A stretch of DNA of 64,000 bases from an uncultured Acidobacteriota bacterium (GTDB lineage: Bacteria; Acidobacteriota; Thermoanaerobaculia; UBA5066), in contig CAVRJB010000019.1 in assembly GCA_963721385.1 (NCBI GenBank), positions 389,513 to 453,512 on the forward strand. The letters are read 5' to 3'. The notes beneath the pieces were generated by a model. That model was not told where the DNA came from, searched no databases, and saw only the letters and a list, made by a program, of their open reading frames with translations. Below are positions 1-13,393 of this stretch, piece after piece; the first letter of the stretch is position 1, and every line of letters begins with the position of its first letter. The position numbers and the translations under genes were made by a program.

Positions 1-3238
<3,238 letters not shown>

Positions 3239-3244
3239 GTCGGG

Positions 3245-4057
3245 ATGGCCGCGAAGCTCGGAACGGCTCTTGCGCTTCTCGCTCTCCTCTTCGGGCTCGT
3301 GCTCCTGCTGCGCCTTCTCTCCCGCTTCATGGCCTACCCCGGCTCACCCCTCGCCTTTCCGGCCGAAGATCGGCTCGGACCGGAGGCGCGGCTCCTCGAC
3401 ATCCGGACGGAAGACGGGCTTTCGCTCCGGGCGGCCTGGTTCTCGAGCGGCGTCCCGGACGCTCCCGTCGCCCTCTTCTTTCACGGAAACGCGGAGTCGG
3501 CGGCGCAGAACGGGCCTCTGGCGGCCGCGCTGGCCGCGGGCGGCGTCGACGCCGTTCTCGCGGAGTACCGCGGCTACGGCGGGATGCCGGGGAGTCCCTC
3601 GGAGGCCGGGCTCGTGGCCGACGGCGAGGCGGTCCTCGGGGCCCTCCGGGCGGACGGCGTCACTCCGGCGCGGACGGTGCTCGTTGGGCGCTCGCTCGGG
3701 ACGGGCGTCGCCGTCGAGCTCGCACGGCGCTCGCCCCCTGCGCTTCTCGTCCTCGTGTCGCCGTACACGTCGTTCGCGGATCTCGGCCGGGGTCTCGTCG
3801 GCCCGTTCGCGCCGCTCGTCGTCGCAGACCGGTTCGACAACCTGTCGAAGATCGGGACGCTCACCTGCCCCGTGACGATCCTGCACGGCACGATGGACGA
3901 GGTGGTTCCGTACCGGATGGGCGAGCGCCTCGCCCGGGCGGGGAAGGACGTCCGGTTCGTTCCCCTCGAAGGGCGCGGCCACAACGACATCCCCGACCTC
4001 CCGGGGCTTCTCCTGGCCGAGATCGCGCGCGTCTTCCCGCTCCCTTCGCGGCGCTAG
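3245..4057 (+). CDS. alpha/beta hydrolase with an N-terminal membrane anchor
   Basis: 270-aa ORF with a hydrophobic N-terminus (LALLALLFGLVLLL). HGNAES, nucleophile elbow GRSLG, HGTMDEVVP and GHND are consistent with a Ser-Asp-His triad. Confidence 0.8.
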   Translation: MAAKLGTALALLALLFGLVLLLRLLSRFMAYPGSPLAFPAEDRLGPEARLLDIRTEDGLSLRAAWFSSGVPDAPVALFFHGNAESAAQNGPLAAALAAGGVDAVLAEYRGYGGMPGSPSEAGLVADGEAVLGALRADGVTPARTVLVGRSLGTGVAVELARRSPPALLVLVSPYTSFADLGRGLVGPFAPLVVADRFDNLSKIGTLTCPVTILHGTMDEVVPYRMGERLARAGKDVRFVPLEGRGHNDIPDLPGLLLAEIARVFPLPSRR

Positions 4058-4083
4058 AATCGGGGCGCGCGAAGGAGAAGCCG

Positions 4084-4299
4084 ATGGACGTTCCGACGAA
4101 GGTCTATGTCACCTGTCCGATGGCCGACCTGAAACAGGTGGCCGGGACCCTCATCGCCATCTCGCCCCACGGTTTTTACGAGGTCCACATCGCCTTCGGG
4201 TCGAACACCCATTCGGTCCTCCTGCCGGTGACGGGAACCTCGCTGACGGCGACGGAGCCGATCCTGACGCCACCCGCCGGCTTCGAAGTCGAACGGTAG
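4084..4299 (+). CDS. hypothetical small protein (71 aa)
   Basis: Strong SD (AAGGAGAA) 6 nt upstream of the ATG. GC-rich third codon positions. Sits between the hydrolase and the WS/DGAT gene. I recognise no family. Confidence 0.55.
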   Translation: MDVPTKVYVTCPMADLKQVAGTLIAISPHGFYEVHIAFGSNTHSVLLPVTGTSLTATEPILTPPAGFEVER

Positions 4300-4307
4300 G
4301 GCCGGCG

Positions 4308-5861
4308 GTGACGACCGGGGAGCCGATCACCGAGCCGCTCTCCGCGGTCGACACGGCGTGGCTCCACATGGAGGACCCGACCAACCTGATGATGGTCACG
4401 GGGGTCTTCGTCTTCGAGAGACCCCTCGATTTCGGCCGGGTGGCGGAGCTCCTCCGGGACCGGCTGCTCTCGATCCCGCGGTTCACGCAGCGCGTCGTCG
4501 AGCCCCGGATGCCGTTCGCGGGGCCGCGGTGGGAGACGGACCCCCACTTCGACCTCCGAAGCCACTTTCACCGAGTCTCTCTTCGTCCGCCCGGCGACGA
4601 GGGGGCGCTCCGGGAGCTGGTGAGCGACCTGATGTCGACGCCGCTCGACTATTCGAAGCCGCTCTGGCAGTACCACCTGATCGAAGGTCTCGGAAGCGGC
4701 TGCGCGATCCTCTGCCGGATCCACCACTCCATCGGCGACGGCATCGCGCTCGTCCGCGTCGTTCTATCGATGATGGACGGCGGCGCGGGGCACGACCCCG
4801 CCGAACCGCACGAGCCGCACGGCTGGGAGCGGCTCGGTCCTCTGCTCCGGCCGGCGGCGAAGGCGATCTCGCGCACCCTCGAGGTAACCGAGGCGCTGAT
4901 GCACGAGGGGACCGAGATGCTGGCCCATCCGGAGCGGCTCCTCGAGATGGCGTCCCTCGGGGCGAGCGGCGTGGACGCGCTCGCGCGGCTCCTCATGATG
5001 GAGCCCGACCCGGCGACGCCGTTCAAGGGACCGCTCGGCTCCTTCAAGCGTGCGGCGTGGTCCCGGCCGCTTCCCCTCGACGAGGTGAAGGCGGTTGGGA
5101 AGGCCCTCGGCGCCACCGTGAACGACGTCCTCCTCTCGGCCGTCACGGGGGCGCTCCGCCGCTACCTCGAGACGCACGGCTTCCCACCCGCGGGCGTCGA
5201 GTTCCGCGCGGTCGTCCCGGTCAACCTCCGGAGGAAGGACGAGGAACACGAGCTCGGCAACCGGTTCGGCCTCGTCTTCCTGGCGCTGCCCGTCGGGATC
5301 GAGAACCCGGTCGAGCGGCTCTTCGAGTTGAAGGAGCGGATGGACGAGATCAAGCGGTCGCCGGAGGCGGTCGTCGCGTTCGGCCTCCTCGGCGCCATCG
5401 GCTCGGCCCCGGCCGAGATCGAGCACCTCGTCGTCAACCTCTTCGGACAGCGCGGCACGGCCGTCATGACGAACGTCGCCGGTCCGCGGCAGCCGATCTC
5501 GCTGGCCGCGGTGCCGGTGACGAGCCTCATGTTCTGGGTCCCGCAGTCGGGGCGGCTCGGGATCGGCGTCAGCATCCTCAGCTACGCCGGGGGCGTGACG
5601 CTCGGCGTGGCCACGGACGCGGGCCTCGTCCCCGACCCGGAGGCGATCCTTGACGGGTTCCAGGACGAGTTCGACGCGCTCGCGGCCCTCGCGCGGCGGG
5701 AAGCGGCGGCGCCGCCGCCGGCGAAGGCTGCGAAGCCCGGGAAGGCTGCAAAGCCGGGGAAGACGGCGAAAGCGGCCCGGAAGGCCGGGGCCCCGAAGCC
5801 GGGGCGAAAGAGACAGCCCGCGAAGGCGGCGAAGCCGGCGAGGAAGCCCCGGGCTCGCTAG
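4308..5861 (+). CDS. wax ester synthase/diacylglycerol acyltransferase (WS/DGAT) with a Lys/Ala/Pro-rich C-terminal tail
   Basis: Catalytic HHxxxDG motif (RIHHSIGDGIAL). N-terminal LSAVDTAWLHMEDPTNLMMV is typical of WS/DGAT. 517 aa. The last ~50 aa are AKAAKPGKAAKPGKTAKAARKAGAPKPGRKRQPAKAAKPARKPRAR. Confidence 0.88.
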   Translation: MTTGEPITEPLSAVDTAWLHMEDPTNLMMVTGVFVFERPLDFGRVAELLRDRLLSIPRFTQRVVEPRMPFAGPRWETDPHFDLRSHFHRVSLRPPGDEGALRELVSDLMSTPLDYSKPLWQYHLIEGLGSGCAILCRIHHSIGDGIALVRVVLSMMDGGAGHDPAEPHEPHGWERLGPLLRPAAKAISRTLEVTEALMHEGTEMLAHPERLLEMASLGASGVDALARLLMMEPDPATPFKGPLGSFKRAAWSRPLPLDEVKAVGKALGATVNDVLLSAVTGALRRYLETHGFPPAGVEFRAVVPVNLRRKDEEHELGNRFGLVFLALPVGIENPVERLFELKERMDEIKRSPEAVVAFGLLGAIGSAPAEIEHLVVNLFGQRGTAVMTNVAGPRQPISLAAVPVTSLMFWVPQSGRLGIGVSILSYAGGVTLGVATDAGLVPDPEAILDGFQDEFDALAALARREAAAPPPAKAAKPGKAAKPGKTAKAARKAGAPKPGRKRQPAKAAKPARKPRAR

Positions 5862-8106
5862 CTGGCGGGCTCGGGCGCGCGCTCGGTCCCGTCGACGTCG
5901 GGCAGGTCGGCGCCGCCGCGCTCGAAGAGCTCCGCCGCGCGGAGGAGGCGCTGGCGGGCGTCCTCGAGGAACGCCGATTGCGAGTCGACGGCCGTCTCTC
6001 CCGCCGCAGGCTTCCGCCTCTCGTAGGTCCCGTCGCTCCGGAGGTCCCGCGCCCGTACGTTGTCGGAGAGCGTCAGGTCGAGGGCGGCCGTCACGCGCCG
6101 CGCGAGCTCGGGGTCCTCTACGGGAAAGGCGATCTCGACCCGGCGGAAGAAGTTCCGCGGCATCCAGTCGGCGGACGACAGGATCACCTGGCGCTCGCCG
6201 CCGTTCTCGAAGACGAAGACCCGGCTGTGCTCGAGGAACCGGCCGACGACGGAGTGGACCCGGATCCGCTCCGAGACGCCCGGGACGCCGGGCCTCAGGC
6301 AGCAGATCCCGCGGACGCCGAGGTCGATCGCGACGCCCGCCTGCGATGCCTCGTAGAGCGCGGCGATGACCTTCGAGTCGACGAGGGCGTTCATCTTGGC
6401 TCGGATTCCCGCGGGGCGTCCGGCGCGCGCATGGGCGGTCTCCCGCGCGATCCAGTCGAGCGTCGTCCGGTGCATGTCTTTCGGCGCCGTCACGAGCCGG
6501 CGGTAGGCCACCCTCCCCGCGATGCCCGTCAGCGTGTTGAAGAGCTTCGTCGCGTCCTCGCCGAACTCGGGGCGGCAGGTCAGGAGGCCGAAGTCGGTGT
6601 AGATGCGGGCGGTCGTCGGGTTGTAGTTGCCGGTGCCGAGGTGGACGTAGCGGCGGATCTCGTCCTTCTCGCGGCGGACGACGAGGGCGATCTTGCCGTG
6701 CGTCTTCAGGCCGACCACGCCGTAGACGACGTGGACGCCGGCCTGCTCGAGCGCCTTCGCCCAGCCGATGTTGTTCTCCTCGTCGAAGCGGGCCTTCAGC
6801 TCCACGAGGACGGCGACCTGCTTCCCGTTCTCGGCCGCGCGGATGAGGGCCGGGATGATGGGCGACTCGGCGCCGGCGCGGTAGAGCGTCATCTTGATGG
6901 CGAGGGTCTTGGTGTCGTCGGCCGCCCGCTCGATCATCTCGACGACCGGGCCGAAGGAGTCGTAGGGGTGGTGGAGGAGGATGTCGCCCGCGCGGATCGC
7001 CGCGAAGATGGAAGCGTCGGCGGAAAGGAGGGTGGGGGGAAGCGCCGGCGTGAAGGGGGGGTCCTTCAGCTCGCGGCGGTCCAGCTTCAGGAGCGACATC
7101 AGGTCGCCGGGTCCGAGCGGCCCTTCCACCTCGTAGACGTCGCCTTCGGCGATCTCGAGCTGCTTGACGAGGAGCTTCCGGACGCGCTTCGGCGTCTTCG
7201 GGGCGACTTCCAGCCGAACGACGGCGCCGAAGCGGCGGCGCCGGACTTCCTGCTCGATCGTGGCGAGGAGGTCGGAGGCCTCGTCCTCCTGGATCTCGAT
7301 GTCGGCGTCGCGGGTGACCCGGAAGATGTGCGACGAGACGATCTCGAGGCCGGGGAAGAGCTCGGGGAGGTTCGCCTGGATGAGGGACTCCAGGAGGAGG
7401 AACTCGGCCTTCTCCGGCCGGATCTTCTTCTTCCCCTCGACGGCCTCCCGGAGCGGCACGAACCGCGGAAGCGCGGCAGGGGCCTTCACACGGGCGAACT
7501 TCACCTCGCCCGTCTCGGAGTTCTTCACCTCGACGGCGAGGTTGATCGAGAGGTTCGACAGGAACGGGAACGGATGGCCGGGGTCGACCGCGAGCGGCGT
7601 CAGGACCGGCAGGACGTTCCGCCGGAACCAGCCGTTCGCCGCCTCGCGCTGCTCCTCGGGAAGATCGGACCAGGTGAGGATCGAGATCCCGGCCGCCGCC
7701 AGTTTCGGCAGGAGGTCCTGCCTCAGGCAGCGGGACTGCCGGGTCTCCATCTTCAGGACCACCTCCCGGATCTTCGCAAGCAGATCGGCGGGGGAAAGCC
7801 GGTCGTCGCCCGGCTCGACCTTTTCGGAGAGGACCTGGTCGAGGACGCCCGCGACGCGGATCATGAAGAACTCGTCGAGGTTCGTCTCGGAGATGCAGAG
7901 GAACTTCAGCCGCTCGAGGAGCGGCCACCGCTCGTCGTAGGCCTCGTCGAGGACGCGGTCGTTGAACTCGAGCCACGACAGCTCGCGGTTCAGGAGCGGG
8001 GTGCCGGGAGCCCGAGGGCGCCGGAGACGGACGGCGCCGGGGCGGATTCCGACTCGACGAGGGCGAGGTTCCGCTTTTTTCGGGGCCTGTCTTGGTGGTG
8101 AATCAT
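5858..8106 (-). CDS. ppk: polyphosphate kinase 1. The first ~35 codons lie in a different frame from the rest (one-nt indel at the run 7998-8001).
   Basis: The ORF 5858-7864 continues open upstream as PLLNRELSWLEFNDRVLDEAYDERWPLLERLKFLCISETNLDEFFMIRVAG. GLKTHGKIALVVRRE is present. That frame has no start codon upstream. ATG 8106 (MIHHQDRPRKKRN...) runs one frame off into TGA at 7990. The stop shares a CTAG (5858-5861) with the convergent WS/DGAT stop. Confidence 0.9.
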
Positions 8107-8206
8107 CGGTCGCGTCTCGTCCGGCGGGGCCTCCGAGGATACGCGAGTCGCCTCAGGGACGCTGGATTGGCGCTTCAACCAGTTGAAAACAAAAGATTTG
8201 TGGATC

Positions 8207-8596
8207 TCAGCGCGGCTCGACCTTGTGGCCCACCCCGCGGAGGGCGAGAAGCGCCGCCTCGATCGCCTCCTCCTTGACGAGGACGCAGTCGGTGTCGAAC
8301 GTCGAGATCGCGAAGATTGAAAGCCCGGCCGAGGCGAGCGGAGCGGCGATCGCGGCGAGGACGCCGGTCTCCTCGAACGGGATCGGCCCCTGGACTTTCA
8401 ACATCCGCCAGCCCCGATTCGACGAAATCCCCTCGGGAACGGCCGCCTCTTCGCAGACGATCGACAGCTCCTCTTTCGTCCGCGTCACGCTGCAAAAGGC
8501 TCCCCCTTCGGCCCACGCGGGCACGGCCGTCTCCGGGTGCATCCGGCAGACGGCGTACCGGCCGGGGAGGAGCGTCAGCGTCCGGGAGCCGGACAT
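8207..8596 (-). CDS. ACT-domain-containing protein (ACT_7/CASTOR-like, tentative)
   Basis: 129-aa ORF. The pattern [11 protein letters not shown]...[17 protein letters not shown]...[45 protein letters not shown] resembles small stand-alone ACT proteins. This family call is from memory. Confidence 0.6.
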   Translation of the reverse strand: MSGSRTLTLLPGRYAVCRMHPETAVPAWAEGGAFCSVTRTKEELSIVCEEAAVPEGISSNRGWRMLKVQGPIPFEETGVLAAIAAPLASAGLSIFAISTFDTDCVLVKEEAIEAALLALRGVGHKVEPR

Positions 8597-8649
8597 GGTG
8601 CGATTATCGACCCGCGGCGAATCCTGTCATCCTTCTCTCGAGGTTCCGC

Positions 8650-9039
8650 ATGGACGAACAGACGGCTCCGAAAGCTCCCCCCGACCTCCGGACGAAGGCC
8701 GAGAGCCTCGGGATCCCGGTGGCCCGGCGGCACATCTTCCTCTGCTGCGACCAGACGAATCCGAAATGCTGCGAGAAGGAGCGCGGGCTCGCGGCCTGGG
8801 ACTACCTGAAGAACCGCCTCAAGGAGCTGGGGCTCTCGGAGAGCGGCGGCATCCAGCGGACCAAGACGAACTGCCTCCGGATCTGCGCCGGGGGCCCGAT
8901 CGCCGTCGTCTACCCGGAAGGGACCTGGTACCGGGGGTGCGACCCGCCCGTCCTCGAGCGGATCATCGAGGAGCATCTCGTGGGCGGGAGGCCTGTCTCC
9001 GAGTCCCTCATCGTCCAGCGCCCGCTCGGAACGGGATGA
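8650..9039 (+). CDS. thioredoxin-like [2Fe-2S] ferredoxin-family protein (tentative)
   Basis: ATG 8650. [14 protein letters not shown]...[22 protein letters not shown] gives the Cys pattern and the 'VVYPEG.WY' signature of the sucrase/ferredoxin-like family. The longer ORF-track start (8317) overlaps the ACT gene on the other strand. Confidence 0.65.
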   Translation: MDEQTAPKAPPDLRTKAESLGIPVARRHIFLCCDQTNPKCCEKERGLAAWDYLKNRLKELGLSESGGIQRTKTNCLRICAGGPIAVVYPEGTWYRGCDPPVLERIIEEHLVGGRPVSESLIVQRPLGTG

Positions 9040-10088
9040 CCTCCGGCCCCGGCCCCGAGCTCGCGACGCAGCTCTCCTCGGCCCTGATGGTGGACGAGGA
9101 GTGGTCCGTCAGGACGCCGCGCGGCTTCGTCTGGTGGCCGCACCGCGCCGCCCAGCGGGTCGACGTGGGCGAACGGTTCGAGGACGGCGGGACCGCCGGA
9201 TGCCGCGTCGTCGTCGAGACCGACGTTCTCACGCTCGACGGGAGTGTCCGGCCCGATGCGCTCGACGGAGCGCTCGCCGGCCTGATGCGCTTTCCGCCGA
9301 TGGCGGCCTTCCGGGTCGACCGGGAGGCGCATCGGGTCACGCTCGTCTCGGCGCTCTTCGTTTCCGACGCCCTCGAGCCGTTCTTCGTCCCGCGGCTCGC
9401 GGTCGCGGCGATCCTGCAGGCGGCGTACGCGGAGCTCGGGACGGACGCGCTCGCGCGCGGGACCGGCGGCCGGCCGGCGTGGAGCGGGCACCCGTCGGCC
9501 GGAGCGCGCCCCGAGCCGGACGGCCTCCTGAGGCTCGTCGCCGAACGGATCGTTCCCGCCGGCGACGCTCTCTCCCGCTGGGACGACCCGGTGGAGCTTC
9601 TCGCGGCGGCGGACGACCTCTCCGCACAGGGAGCGCGGGCGCGGGCCCTTCCCGGCGGACTGAACGCCCGCTTTCCGTTTCTTCCCGGCGCGGAGGATCC
9701 GCTCGCTCCCGGCACCTCCAGCCTGCTGCAAGTGCGCGCCCGTGAAGCGCATCCCGAGCTGGGGCACGGCGTCTTCCTCCGGCTCTTCCTCCCCGGCGGC
9801 GACGCCCTCGTCGGGAGGCGAACCGCGGCGTCCGTCGCGATGGATCTCAACGACGAGGAGTTCGGCGACGACCGGTTCGGCGGCCATGGCCTCGGCTCCT
9901 GGACGGCCGAGTCGTCGGAGCCGGAGACGGAGCTCCCCGTCGCCCCCGGGCTGCCGCGTCTCTGCCACGTCACGTTTCTGCCCAACTACGTCCGGGTTCC
10001 CGGGGCGCTCCGGAACGCCGTTGCCGACGCAGGGAAGCGCGCGAACTGGGCGGCGCATCTATTCGCCCACCGGCGCGGAGTGTCATAA
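9036..10088 (+). CDS. hypothetical protein (350 aa)
   Basis: ATG 9036 overlaps the ferredoxin stop (ATGA). Amino-acid composition looks normal, unlike the Arg/Pro-rich off-frame ORFs. I recognise no family. Confidence 0.55.
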   Translation: MTSGPGPELATQLSSALMVDEEWSVRTPRGFVWWPHRAAQRVDVGERFEDGGTAGCRVVVETDVLTLDGSVRPDALDGALAGLMRFPPMAAFRVDREAHRVTLVSALFVSDALEPFFVPRLAVAAILQAAYAELGTDALARGTGGRPAWSGHPSAGARPEPDGLLRLVAERIVPAGDALSRWDDPVELLAAADDLSAQGARARALPGGLNARFPFLPGAEDPLAPGTSSLLQVRAREAHPELGHGVFLRLFLPGGDALVGRRTAASVAMDLNDEEFGDDRFGGHGLGSWTAESSEPETELPVAPGLPRLCHVTFLPNYVRVPGALRNAVADAGKRANWAAHLFAHRRGVS

Positions 10089-10122
10089 GCTAACGTCGGG
10101 ATCGTCCTTCCGGAGGAATGCC

Positions 10123-11302
10123 ATGAGCAAGAGATCGCTCTCTCGCCCTCGCCGTCGCGGCTCTCGTGGTCCCCGCCTGCGGCAAGAAGGGCGACCTGCC
10201 CGAGATCAAGGTCGGCGTCATCGCCGAGCTGTCCGGCGACCTCTCAGGCTTCGGCGACTCGTGCAAGAAGGCGGCGGAGCTGAAGGCCGCCGAGATCGAC
10301 TCGAAAGGGGGGATCGACGTCGGGGGCACGAGGTACCGCCTGCGCCTCATCATCGACGACAGCCAGGGAAAGGCCGAGCAGGCCGTCGCCGCCGCGCAGC
10401 GCCTCGTCTCGCAGGACGGGGTCGTCGCCTTCGTGGGCCCGAACATCAGCCTCTGCGCGGTTCCGGTCGCCGACGAGGCCGAGAAGCTGAAGGTGCCGAT
10501 GATCTCGGCGTCGTCGACGGCCCCGAAGACGACGCTGGACGCGACGACCGGCCAGCCGAAGCAGTGGGTCTTCCGCGCCAGCTTCACCGACGCGTGGCAG
10601 GGACAGGTCCTCGCGAAGTTCGCCGACGGCTACATCCGGGCGAAGAAGGCCGCCGTCCTCTACGACCCGACCTCCGAGGCCCCGAAGATCCAGGCCGAGC
10701 TCTTCAAGCAGGACTTCGAGAAGAGCGGCGGCCAGGTCGTCGCCTTCGAGACGTTCAAGAGCGGCGAGACGGACTTCAAGGCGGCGTTCGACCGGATCAA
10801 GAAGGCCGGCCCCGACGTCGTCTTCCTTCCGGGCTACTACGCTGACGTCGCGCGACAGCTCCCGCAGGCCCGGAAGGCGGGTCTATCGGTCCCCTGTCTG
10901 GGGAGCGACAACTGGGGCATCACGGACCTCCTCCTGAAGGCCGCCGGCGCCGACGCCGAGGGCTCGTTCTACTGCGCCCACTACAACCCGGGCGCCCGGA
11001 ACGAGATCACCGGGACCTTCGTCGCGAGCTACAAGAAGAGGTACGCGGACGCCACGCCCGACGATGTCGGGGCGCTCACCTACGACGCGCTCGGACTTCT
11101 CGAGAAGGCGCTCAAGGCGTCGGGCAAGCCGGATCGCCAGGCCGTGCGCGACGCTCTTGCCAAGATCGCCGAGTACGACGGCGTCACCGGGAAGCTCCGG
11201 TTCAAGGAAGGCTCCCGCGACCCGGTGAAGAGCGCCGTGATGATGAAGATCGAGAAGGGGAAACCGCTCTTCGTCACCAACATCGACCCGGACGTGAAGT
11301 AA
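10123..11302 (+). CDS. ABC-transporter substrate-binding lipoprotein (Leu/Ile/Val-binding, PBP1 family). The signal-peptide codons are shifted one frame relative to the body.
   Basis: The body from 10166 reads VVPACGKKGDLPEIKVGVIAELSGDLSGFG...VAFVGPNISLCAVPVADEAEKLKVPMISASS. ATG 10123 (MSKRSLS...) with an SD-like GGAGGAA upstream is in frame +1. Removing one nt near 10143-10147 gives MSKRSLSALAVAALVVPAC. No permease or ATPase partner is adjacent. Confidence 0.85.
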
Positions 11303-11320
11303 GAGCCGCTCGGCCGGTTT

Positions 11321-11370
11321 CCTTCCGCTGCGGAAGGGGTCTTAGGGGGAACCCGTGGCCGGGTTCCCCC
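11321..11370. terminator. two GC-rich hairpins between/at the ends of convergent genes (candidate bidirectional terminator)
   Basis: CCTTCCG-ctg-CGGAAGG lies at 11321-11337. GGGGGAACCCG-tggc-CGGGTTCCCCC (an 11-bp perfect stem) lies at 11345-11370 and overlaps the last msrB codons. Neither hairpin has a clear U-tract. Confidence 0.4.
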
Positions 11371-11893
11371 TGAAATCCAACGCCGCCGAGTTCATGCAAT
11401 AGCGCAACCCGGTCGGCTTTGGCCCGTCGTCGAAGACGTGTCCGAGGTGCGCGTCGCAACGGGCGCAAAGGACCTCGGTCCTCTTCATGAAGAAGGTCCG
11501 GTCGGAGACGTTCTTCACGTGGTCCGCCTCGATCGGCGCCCAGAAGCTCGGCCAGCCGGTTCCCGACTCGAACTTCGTCTCGGAGCTGAAGAGGGAGAGT
11601 CCGCAGCAGATGCAGACGTACGTCCCCTTCGCGTGGTTGTCCCACCACTTCCCGGTATGGGCCCGCTCGGTCCCCTTCTCCCGCGTGACGTGGTACTGCT
11701 CCGGGGTCAGCTGCTTCCGCCACTCCTCGTCGCTCTTCACGACGCGGCCGACCGGCTCGGAGACGGGGCTCTTCGGGCTCGTGCTCATGGGGGTCCCTTT
11801 CGTCGGTTCTTTCTGGGCCGAAGACGGCGCGAAGGCAAGGACCAGCCCACCGGTCCCCACGGCGCCGAGGGCGAGAAACGTGCGGCGCGTCAT
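11342..11893 (-). CDS. msrB: peptide-methionine (R)-S-oxide reductase MsrB with a twin-arginine signal peptide
   Basis: [27 protein letters not shown] is a Tat-type signal. Two CxxC pairs (CICCG, CARCD), GTGWPSF and [11 protein letters not shown] are present. Start chosen at ATG 11893 rather than the track's 11995. Confidence 0.88.
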   Translation of the reverse strand: MTRRTFLALGAVGTGGLVLAFAPSSAQKEPTKGTPMSTSPKSPVSEPVGRVVKSDEEWRKQLTPEQYHVTREKGTERAHTGKWWDNHAKGTYVCICCGLSLFSSETKFESGTGWPSFWAPIEADHVKNVSDRTFFMKRTEVLCARCDAHLGHVFDDGPKPTGLRYCMNSAALDFRGNPATGSP

Positions 11894-11930
11894 GGCATTC
11901 ACGTCTACGAAATGCCCCGCGCGGCCGGAT

Positions 11931-13379
11931 TTATTCCCCGGTCTCGCGAACGGCGGCGTCGAGGTCCTCGAGGGCGGCCTGCATCCGGTCGGCATGCGTC
12001 CTGAACGAGAGGACGCAGATCCTGAGGACGAAGCGTCCCTTCGCCATCGTGCCGGTCAGGTGGACGCGGCCGCGCGCGTTGACGGCGGCGAGGACGCGGC
12101 GGTTCAGGGCGTCGACGGCTTCCGGGCCGAGGGAGGGCTTCACGACCCGGAAGGCCAGGAGCGAGAGCTGGGGCTCGGCGACGATCTCGACCCCGGGGCG
12201 GCGCCGCAGCTCGCCGGCGGCCCAGCGCGCGAGGTCGAGCTTCTCGTCGAGGTTCCGGCGGAACGGCCCGAGGCCGTGCATCTTGATCGGCAGCCAGGCC
12301 GCGAGGCCCCGGAAGTTCCGCGAGAGCTCGGGCGAGATCTCGCAGAAGTCGACGAGATCCGGGTCGTGCTGCATCCGCGGGAGATAGTCGACGTGCGACG
12401 CATGGGCGCGCCGGAGCGTTTCGGGGTCTCGCACGAGAAGGCACCCGGCGCCGTACGGAAGGAAGAGCCCCTTGTGCGGGTCGAGGACGACGGAGTCGGC
12501 GCGCTCGAGGCCGGCCATCGCCCGCCGGCCCCTCTCCGTCAGGAGGAAGAAGCCGCCGTAGGCCGCGTCGACGTGGAGCCAGAGCCTCTCCCTCGCGCAG
12601 AAGTCCGCGAGGCCCGGGAGATCGTCGACGGCACCGGTGTTCGTCGTTCCGGCATTCCCGACTACGAGGAACGGCGTCAGGCCCCTCTTTCGGTCGTCGG
12701 CAACCGACTGTTCGAGGAGATCGAGCCGGAGACGGAAGGTCTCGTCCGAGGGAATCTCCCGAATGCTCCGCGGAGGAAACCCCGCGAGGGCGGCGGCCTT
12801 CGCGACGCAGTAGTGCGTCTGGTCGGACGCGTAGAGGACGCCGGAGATGAAGTCCTCCGGGAGCCGGTCCCGCCGCGCCGCGACGAGGGCCGAGAAGTTC
12901 GCGAGCGAGCCGCCGCTCGCGAGGTATCCGCCGGCGGTCGGCGGGAAGCCGGCGATGCGGGCGAACCAGCGGACGACGTTCGTCTCGAGCTGAGCGAGAG
13001 CCGGGGCGGCCGCGAAGACGCCGACGTACCGGTTCGCTGCCGCGGCGACGAGCTCCGCCACGGCCGAGTGAAAAAGGCCGCCGCCGGGAATGTAGGCGAG
13101 ATAGCCGGGCGAGGCCGTGTTGAAGCTCTTCGGGATCGCGCGCGTGAAGAGGAGGTCGAGCAGCTCCTCGGCCGGAGCGCCCGTCTCGGGAGGCTCGCGC
13201 TCGATCAGCTCGCGCGCGAGGGCTTCGGCCCCGGCCGTGTCGGCCGCCGGCTGCGCCGGGAGGGACGTCACGTGGTCGACGATCCGGTCCGTCGCGAGGC
13301 GGACGAGGCGCTCCATCTCCCGTCCGGAGAGCTCGAGCGAGGTGTCGGCGGGGAAGGGGGGCGGGATGCGGCTCGACAT
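11931..13379 (-). CDS. PLP-dependent group II decarboxylase (aromatic-L-amino-acid / tyrosine decarboxylase-like)
   Basis: [31 protein letters not shown] and the PLP-lysine motif [13 protein letters not shown]. Start chosen at ATG 13379 (MSSRIPPP), just after the glmM stop at 13394. Confidence 0.85.
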   Translation of the reverse strand: MSSRIPPPFPADTSLELSGREMERLVRLATDRIVDHVTSLPAQPAADTAGAEALARELIEREPPETGAPAEELLDLLFTRAIPKSFNTASPGYLAYIPGGGLFHSAVAELVAAAANRYVGVFAAAPALAQLETNVVRWFARIAGFPPTAGGYLASGGSLANFSALVAARRDRLPEDFISGVLYASDQTHYCVAKAAALAGFPPRSIREIPSDETFRLRLDLLEQSVADDRKRGLTPFLVVGNAGTTNTGAVDDLPGLADFCARERLWLHVDAAYGGFFLLTERGRRAMAGLERADSVVLDPHKGLFLPYGAGCLLVRDPETLRRAHASHVDYLPRMQHDPDLVDFCEISPELSRNFRGLAAWLPIKMHGLGPFRRNLDEKLDLARWAAGELRRRPGVEIVAEPQLSLLAFRVVKPSLGPEAVDALNRRVLAAVNARGRVHLTGTMAKGRFVLRICVLSFRTHADRMQAALEDLDAAVRETGE

Positions 13380-13393
13380 GGACCGGTCTTCGG

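Noticed and set aside
5700-5860. Short tandem DNA repeats (also 22620-22720 and 48230-48500) as possible CRISPR, VNTR or non-coding repeat elements
   Set aside because: They are in-frame low-complexity coding repeats: an AKP tail, an Ala/Glu/Lys coiled coil and an RGG/PQ tail. No repeat-spacer periodicity or cas genes are present anywhere in the window.
4764-7976. 1,070-aa ORF on the minus strand spanning WS/DGAT and ppk
   Set aside because: The composition is extremely Arg/Pro/Gly/Ala-rich with no recognisable motif. It lies out of frame with ppk and antisense to WS/DGAT, both of which have strong family signatures. This is the typical spurious long ORF of a ~70% GC genome.
8105-8206. AT-rich patch (gttgaaaacaaaagatttgtgg) between the ACT gene and ppk, as a possible ncRNA or regulatory element
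   Set aside because: It is only about 100 nt, with no stable structure or convincing -35/-10 pair that I could define. It is most simply the ppk promoter region, which I could not resolve confidently.
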